NCBI GenBank assembly: GCA_964486045.1
Contig: CAZALK010000001.1
Span: forward strand, 64,001 to 128,000
From: an uncultured archaeon
GTDB taxonomy: Archaea; Asgardarchaeota; Lokiarchaeia; Sigyniarchaeales; SOKP01
Reading direction: 5' to 3'
Length of the DNA stretch: 64,000 bases
Positions 58,871 through 64,000 of the stretch are shown here, piece by piece; position 1 is the stretch's first letter, and every line of letters starts with the position of its first letter. The notes beneath the pieces are model-generated. The model saw nothing but the letters and a program-made list of their open reading frames with translations. It searched no databases and had not been told where the DNA came from. The translations under genes and the position numbers were made by a program.

Positions 58871-59872
58871 ATGAAGATAGACTATCTTGACAAATTTAAA
58901 GGTACATTGTTAGGAGTAGCAATAGGAGATACTCTTGGACATCCTTTTGAAGGTGTCTTACATAATGATATTATTTCAAAATTTGAAGATTTTGAAGAAT
59001 TCATTCAAAAAAATAAAAAATTATTTAACACTTATACTGACGATACCCAATTGACAATTCACACAGCAAAAGCGTTGATTCAAGGAAATGGCTATAATAC
59101 AGACAATTTTGTAAGAGAATATATTTTATGGCTAGAAGATCCACCAATTGGACCGGGTTATGGTTGTATATCTTCAATCCAGAAGTTAAAATATGGAATC
59201 CATTGGAAAAAAGCTTCCTCAAATTCTGGCGGAAATGGTACAGTAATGCGAATCGCACCAATTGGATTGTTTTATTGTAAAAACCTTAAAGAGTTAAAAA
59301 GTTCCGCCATTAAATCAAGTATTATTACCCATTCTCACCCGGCGGCTTCAGCTGGAGCGATCGTTATAGCAAGAGCAATAGCTTTTTTAATAGAGAAAAA
59401 TCCAAAAACTGGTTTTTCTATTGACGAATTTTTTAAAGTGATAATTTCTGCGATCTCTGGTTCACAAGAAGAAATATGGGAAGAATTCATTGAAATTTTA
59501 AATAAATTAAAGTCTAATTTAGATATGCCAATCGAAGCAGGTTTGATTAAATTTTCTCAAATTGGTGTTAAATCTCCATATTTTATTGAACAGTATTTGG
59601 GTCAAGCATTTGTTCACCCATATGCAATAAGCACGGTGGTTTGTTCGATTTTTATCTTTCTCAAAAGCCTGTCTTCATTCCAGAGGTGTATTTTTGAGCT
59701 CGCAACCGCAGGAGGAGATAGTGATACAGTTGGAGCAATTGGAGGAAGTTTAGCAGGAACATACTTTGGAAATAATAATATTCCGATAGTCTTAGCTAAA
59801 ATGGTTAAAAACTATAAGAAAATTTTAAAATTGAGTGAGGATCTTCATTATAAATTTACTAAAAGGTTATAA
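58871..59872 (+). CDS. ADP-ribosylglycohydrolase family protein
   Basis: G.AIGDTLG.P.E, YTDDTQ, GNGTVMRIAP, THSH, GGDSDT.GAI.G; start probably MKIDY. Confidence 0.93.
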   Translation: MKIDYLDKFKGTLLGVAIGDTLGHPFEGVLHNDIISKFEDFEEFIQKNKKLFNTYTDDTQLTIHTAKALIQGNGYNTDNFVREYILWLEDPPIGPGYGCISSIQKLKYGIHWKKASSNSGGNGTVMRIAPIGLFYCKNLKELKSSAIKSSIITHSHPAASAGAIVIARAIAFLIEKNPKTGFSIDEFFKVIISAISGSQEEIWEEFIEILNKLKSNLDMPIEAGLIKFSQIGVKSPYFIEQYLGQAFVHPYAISTVVCSIFIFLKSLSSFQRCIFELATAGGDSDTVGAIGGSLAGTYFGNNNIPIVLAKMVKNYKKILKLSEDLHYKFTKRL

Positions 59873-59887
59873 AACACAGACCTTGAT

Positions 59888-60502
59888 TTAATTAAGAACC
59901 TCTTTTATTAAATTTAAGCATGAAATACAAAATTCTGGTAATTTTTTGTCAACATCTTTTAAACTATTAGAAAATCGCATTACACACAAATTATTGCAAT
60001 GTTTTAACCCAAAAGTGTGTCCAAGTTCGTGAATAGCTTCTTTTAATATTCGATCTTCTAAATTTTTTCCAGTTTCATGTTTCCTGTATATCATGCGGGA
60101 TTCCTTATAAAATTTTTCTCTAAGACGAGTTAAGGAAATTAAAGCTACTCCAGATCTCATGTTGGCTAAACCAAATACAAAATTGTGTTTTTTTGAGTAA
60201 ATATCTTCGTCGAGAATTCCAAGTATCCGAAAGAACTCCTTATTTAGAGATTCACTTCTTATTTTCTTTAGTATTGTTAAAGCATTGAATTGTTTCTTGG
60301 ATTTATTATACTCTGAGTCTGTTAACGGTATCATATCCTTTTCTATTTTAACCGTAATATTAAACTCACTTAATTCTCGCTCTAAACGGCTCTTTAAACC
60401 AATTAATAGGTTTTGACCTAATTTACCTATTTTTTGCAGATATATAATTCTTTTCATGCCAATTACAATATAGGCTATAACCGTAAATGGTAATGTTCCC
60501 AT
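59888..60502 (-). CDS. amzA: Archaemetzincin zinc metalloprotease
   Basis: HELGHTFGLKHC..CVMRFS...D.K...FC..C. Confidence 0.92.
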   Translation of the reverse strand: MGTLPFTVIAYIVIGMKRIIYLQKIGKLGQNLLIGLKSRLERELSEFNITVKIEKDMIPLTDSEYNKSKKQFNALTILKKIRSESLNKEFFRILGILDEDIYSKKHNFVFGLANMRSGVALISLTRLREKFYKESRMIYRKHETGKNLEDRILKEAIHELGHTFGLKHCNNLCVMRFSNSLKDVDKKLPEFCISCLNLIKEVLN

Positions 60503-60643
60503 ATAAAAGATATAATTTTAGATTTAAAAATCATATGGTGAACACTAACCCTTAAATAAAAAATTAACTTCTAATTTACTCGTACTGATTAAAAATTTTC
60601 CTAAATTTCACCTTTTAGCAAAATTTCTAGGGTTGGGCTAAAA

Positions 60644-62521
60644 ATGACAGAACTTAATAGTATTCTAGAAAATTCTGTTGAGAAATATCGAAACTTAATA
60701 CACAATATTTCGGATGTTATTGCGGAAATAGATCTCAACGGTATATTTACTTATGTTAGTCCGCAAGTTTATACAATATTTGGCTATAAACCCGAAGAAT
60801 TAATTGGAGCTAAATTCTTTTCTTTTATTCATCCAGATGACATGCCATCTATTATCGAAACTTTTGAAAAAGCAATAAATTCTAAAAAATCTTGGTCTTT
60901 CGATTTAAAGGTAAGACATAAAGAAGGTCATTATATTAATGTCTTAGCAAATGGAAATTTAGTGAAAATTGATGATAATTTAAAAATCGTTTGTATTTTG
61001 AAAGATATCACCGAAAGAATTAAACAAGAACAAGCTCTAAAAGATTCTGAAGAATCTTTTAAAAATATTGCTGACTCCTCTCTGGTGGGAATCAACATAA
61101 TACAAAATAATTATGTGGTTTATACAAATGACGCGAGTTCTGAAATTATAGAATATTCGGTTGAAGAAATTGAAAATTGGTCTATTCAAGACCTCATAAA
61201 TTTAATCGATCAAGAGGATTTACCCCTTATTCAAGAAAAATTAAAATTAATAATGGAAGAACCAAAGGACACTTTAATTCGATATTCATGTAGATTACAT
61301 ACAAAATCAGGTAAATTGAAGTGGGTAGAAATTTTTTCCAAAAACATTTTATTCAACGGAAATGAAGCGATTTTATCTTCCATAATTGATGTCTCAGAGA
61401 AAAAACAAGCTGAGAAGATGTTAAAAGAATCTGAAGAATTATTTAGAAAGGTAAGCGAAAAAGCATACTATGGAATAATTCTCACTAAAAGTGATGGAAG
61501 AATCTACTATTGGAATAAGGCCGCTGAGAACATCTTTGGGTATTCTTATAAAGATACAGATGGAAAAAACATTTATGATCTTATAATACCTGAAGATTAT
61601 AAAGCTGAATTTAAAAAAGGAGTTGAAATTTTTAAAAAAACGGGACAATTATCTCTGGATGGAAAAGTATTGGAATATCCTGGTAAAAAAAAGGATGGGA
61701 CCTTAGTTTCCTTAGAAATTTCTTTTTCTAAGGTTAGAATTAACAATCAATGGCATGCTCTGGCGATCTTCAGAGATATTACAGAAAGGAAAAAAGTTGA
61801 AACAAAATTAAAAGAAATTAACCAGTTAAAATTAGAAATACTTGAAAGAACATCGCATGAGCTAAAAACACCCCTCATTTCGATAAAGGGATTTACAGAT
61901 TTATTGCTTGATTTACATAAAGAAAAATTTGACACCGAAACGGTCGCTATTTTAGATGAAATTAAACAAGGTGCAGAAAAGCTTGAAGCAATAATTAACA
62001 AATTTCTAGAAACTTCTTATTTAGAATCAGGAAAAGTACAAATTAACCCAATTGAAGATGATTTATCATTTTTAATTAAGTTTTGTGTTAAAAATTTACG
62101 CGGCCTAGCGAATACGCGAAATCTTTTTATCAGTTTAGACGTACCAGAAAAATTAATAGTTAAATTTGAGAAAGAGAAGCTACATGAAGTAGTTAGCCAC
62201 TTAATAATCAATGCCATAAAATATACCCCCCCATTTGGAGAGATAAAGGTTCAATCTGAAATTAACGGTGATTTTATAGTTGTGTCAGTTGAAGATAGTG
62301 GAATTGGTCTAACAGAGGAGGAAAAAAACAAAATTTTTAAGCAATTCGGGAAAATCGAACGTTACGGTCAGGGTTGGGATATTGGTATCGAAGGAACAGG
62401 AATGGGTTTATATACTTCAAAAAAAATTGTAGAGCTGCATGGAGGAAAAATCTGGGCTGAATCTGAGGGAAAAAATATGGGTTCTAAATTTTGTTTTTCA
62501 CTCCCTTTTGGCAAAGATTAA
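60644..62521 (+). CDS. Multi-PAS sensor histidine kinase
   Basis: Three PAS domains, H-box SHELKTPL, NAIKYT, DSGIG, GTGMGL, HGGKIW. Confidence 0.93.
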   Translation: MTELNSILENSVEKYRNLIHNISDVIAEIDLNGIFTYVSPQVYTIFGYKPEELIGAKFFSFIHPDDMPSIIETFEKAINSKKSWSFDLKVRHKEGHYINVLANGNLVKIDDNLKIVCILKDITERIKQEQALKDSEESFKNIADSSLVGINIIQNNYVVYTNDASSEIIEYSVEEIENWSIQDLINLIDQEDLPLIQEKLKLIMEEPKDTLIRYSCRLHTKSGKLKWVEIFSKNILFNGNEAILSSIIDVSEKKQAEKMLKESEELFRKVSEKAYYGIILTKSDGRIYYWNKAAENIFGYSYKDTDGKNIYDLIIPEDYKAEFKKGVEIFKKTGQLSLDGKVLEYPGKKKDGTLVSLEISFSKVRINNQWHALAIFRDITERKKVETKLKEINQLKLEILERTSHELKTPLISIKGFTDLLLDLHKEKFDTETVAILDEIKQGAEKLEAIINKFLETSYLESGKVQINPIEDDLSFLIKFCVKNLRGLANTRNLFISLDVPEKLIVKFEKEKLHEVVSHLIINAIKYTPPFGEIKVQSEINGDFIVVSVEDSGIGLTEEEKNKIFKQFGKIERYGQGWDIGIEGTGMGLYTSKKIVELHGGKIWAESEGKNMGSKFCFSLPFGKD

Positions 62522-62760
62522 AACTATATTTTGAGTATCCAAATTCGATTTAATATTATCTCAGATTCCTTCTTTTTTTGTTGAAATTTTCAATGAAAAA
62601 ATTAAAAAATGCGGTTATTAACGATAAAACTTTTTTAGATAATTAGTTTTTCTTATCTATACTAGCTTATAAATAAGAAAAGTTATTTAATTTTTAAATT
62701 ATCTTCCAAATTAAAGAGCTTTTTGAGAAGATCTTTAAAAATGTTAGCCCGTTTAGTAAG

Positions 62761-62862
62761 GGGAGGGTAGTCTAGCTTGGTATGATACTATAGGATGTTG
62801 TTCTATAGCATAAATCTTGGTTTGGGACCAAGGGGTCGAGGGTTCAATTCCCTCCTCTCCCA
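62761..62862 (+). tRNA. tRNA-Pro(TGG) with 28-nt intron at non-canonical position 25/26
   Basis: Acceptor GGGAGGG/CTCTCCC+A, D arm GTCTAGCTTGGTATGAT, anticodon arm CTTGG-TTTGGGA-CCAAG, T arm GAGGG-TTCAATT-CCCTC; intron 62787-62814 in a BHB (tatg/cata helix, bulges ata and aat); CCA not encoded. Confidence 0.93.
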
Positions 62863-62976
62863 TTTTACTATTTTTAATCTTTAGAGAACAGAAATTAAAG
62901 GGTTTTTAATAAATTAACTTTCTTGAAACATCCTTCATCGGATATTTGTATTTTGAAAAACATAAAATAGTGTATT

Positions 62977-63255
62977 TTAAATATTTGGCAAATCTTCAAT
63001 TTCTAATGATTCTTCTATATTAAAATAAATATCTGGAATTAAATCTTGCACGGTAGAGAAGAGGGACAAAATCATTGCGGGGTTTTCTGAAGAAACTATA
63101 TAATATCGCGTAAATCTACTCAGTTTAGAAATGCTTATTTTATTTTCAAAAAATCGAAATATTTGGTGAATACTGTCATTGAAATCTTTATCTTTTTGAA
63201 TGTATGCTACAATTCTTTTTTTTTTATTTTTTTTAATCTTTAATTTCAATATCAT
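62977..63255 (-). CDS. Hypothetical protein
   Basis: 92-aa ORF co-oriented with the upstream ferredoxin gene. Confidence 0.55.
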   Translation of the reverse strand: MILKLKIKKNKKKRIVAYIQKDKDFNDSIHQIFRFFENKISISKLSRFTRYYIVSSENPAMILSLFSTVQDLIPDIYFNIEESLEIEDLPNI

Positions 63256-63343
63256 TCTGATACCTTTAAATAATAAATATTTATTAATTAACTCAATTAA
63301 TGGTAATTAAGACAGAATCTATTTAAACAAGGATAATTTTATT

Positions 63344-64000
63344 TTAGGTTTCTTGATTCAGAAATTTACTTAGTTCCTTTCTTACTTTCTCTGTCTTCTT
63401 ATCTTTAATCCAGTAGCGGATTTTTGAAGATCTTAGGAATGTTTGGACTTTTTCATTTAATTCTGTGAGTTTCTTTTTATCTTCCTTGGATAATTGAGGG
63501 ACATCTTCTTCAATCTTTTCAGTTAATTTTTGGACTTCTTCTTCAATAAGGGGGATTTCAATCTGCTCTTTACCATTAACGAGTCTTTTTCTCATTATCT
63601 CCTTGAAATTTTTTATCCACCCTTTAATCCAAGGATAATTTCCAGATTTTTTAGGATCATTAATTACTACGTCCCTCCTCTTAACAATTATCAAATCATC
63701 TGGGCAGGAGTTTTCACATGCGCCACAATAAAAGCATTCATCCTCATTGCATGCTATTTTTCCGTATTTTTTAACATCTTCTGCTTTTTCTGGTATAAAA
63801 AAAGATTCTGTTGGGCAAATATTAACACAAGCTTTACACCCTTGAGGATCGCACTTATGTAGCATATTCTTTTTAATTATAACCTCCCCTTTGATCGGAG
63901 ATGCAATACGAAAACATTTGGTTGGGCATTCTTTTTGAATTGTAAAATAATCTCTAATATTATTCCTTTCCCTTACTTTTAAGCATAATTGACATATTTC
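63344..64000 (-). CDS. 4Fe-4S dicluster/polyferredoxin-domain protein, 5'-truncated by window edge
   Basis: CKACVNICP and CFYCGACENSCP; frame stays open to base 64000 with further CQLC and ECPTKC. Confidence 0.85.
   Translation of the reverse strand, partial: EICQLCLKVRERNNIRDYFTIQKECPTKCFRIASPIKGEVIIKKNMLHKCDPQGCKACVNICPTESFFIPEKAEDVKKYGKIACNEDECFYCGACENSCPDDLIIVKRRDVVINDPKKSGNYPWIKGWIKNFKEIMRKRLVNGKEQIEIPLIEEEVQKLTEKIEEDVPQLSKEDKKKLTELNEKVQTFLRSSKIRYWIKDKKTEKVRKELSKFLNQET

Noticed and set aside
1-64000. Mobile elements, prophage or CRISPR arrays
   Set aside because: No transposase, integrase, capsid genes or regularly spaced repeats were seen.

Overview
AT-rich chromosomal segment that looks like an Asgard archaeon of the Lokiarchaeia type. 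This is inferred from archaeal information-processing genes (aIF2-gamma, aIF1A, Spt5, TFS, form III Rubisco) together with eukaryotic-signature genes (four Rab/Ras-like small GTPases, a longin+roadblock-like protein, ribosomal protein eL22). Most of the window is housekeeping or metabolic: uvrC, R15P isomerase/Rubisco, a DAP lysine cluster, panB, cdhD, a corrinoid protein with its methyltransferase, acyl-CoA dehydrogenases and PAS histidine kinases. The standout is in the gap at 18.2-18.5 kb, which holds a circularly permuted 5S rRNA gene. Its 3' half comes first and helix I is closed by a UUCG loop. It is flanked by a bulge-helix-bulge-like motif whose predicted cleavage and ligation would exactly rebuild the conserved CCGAACCCGGAA|GUUAA junction. 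It also carries a second 31-nt BHB-type intron in loop C, which predicts a spliced, covalently closed ~120-nt 5S rRNA. Other notable items are a small GTPase with permuted motif order G3-G4-G5-G1-G2, an aIF2-gamma with an N-terminal helix-hairpin-helix fusion, a tRNA-Pro with an intron at 25/26, and two candidate guide sRNAs. No CRISPR array or transposase was seen. All calls come from motif reading by eye, with no database searches.
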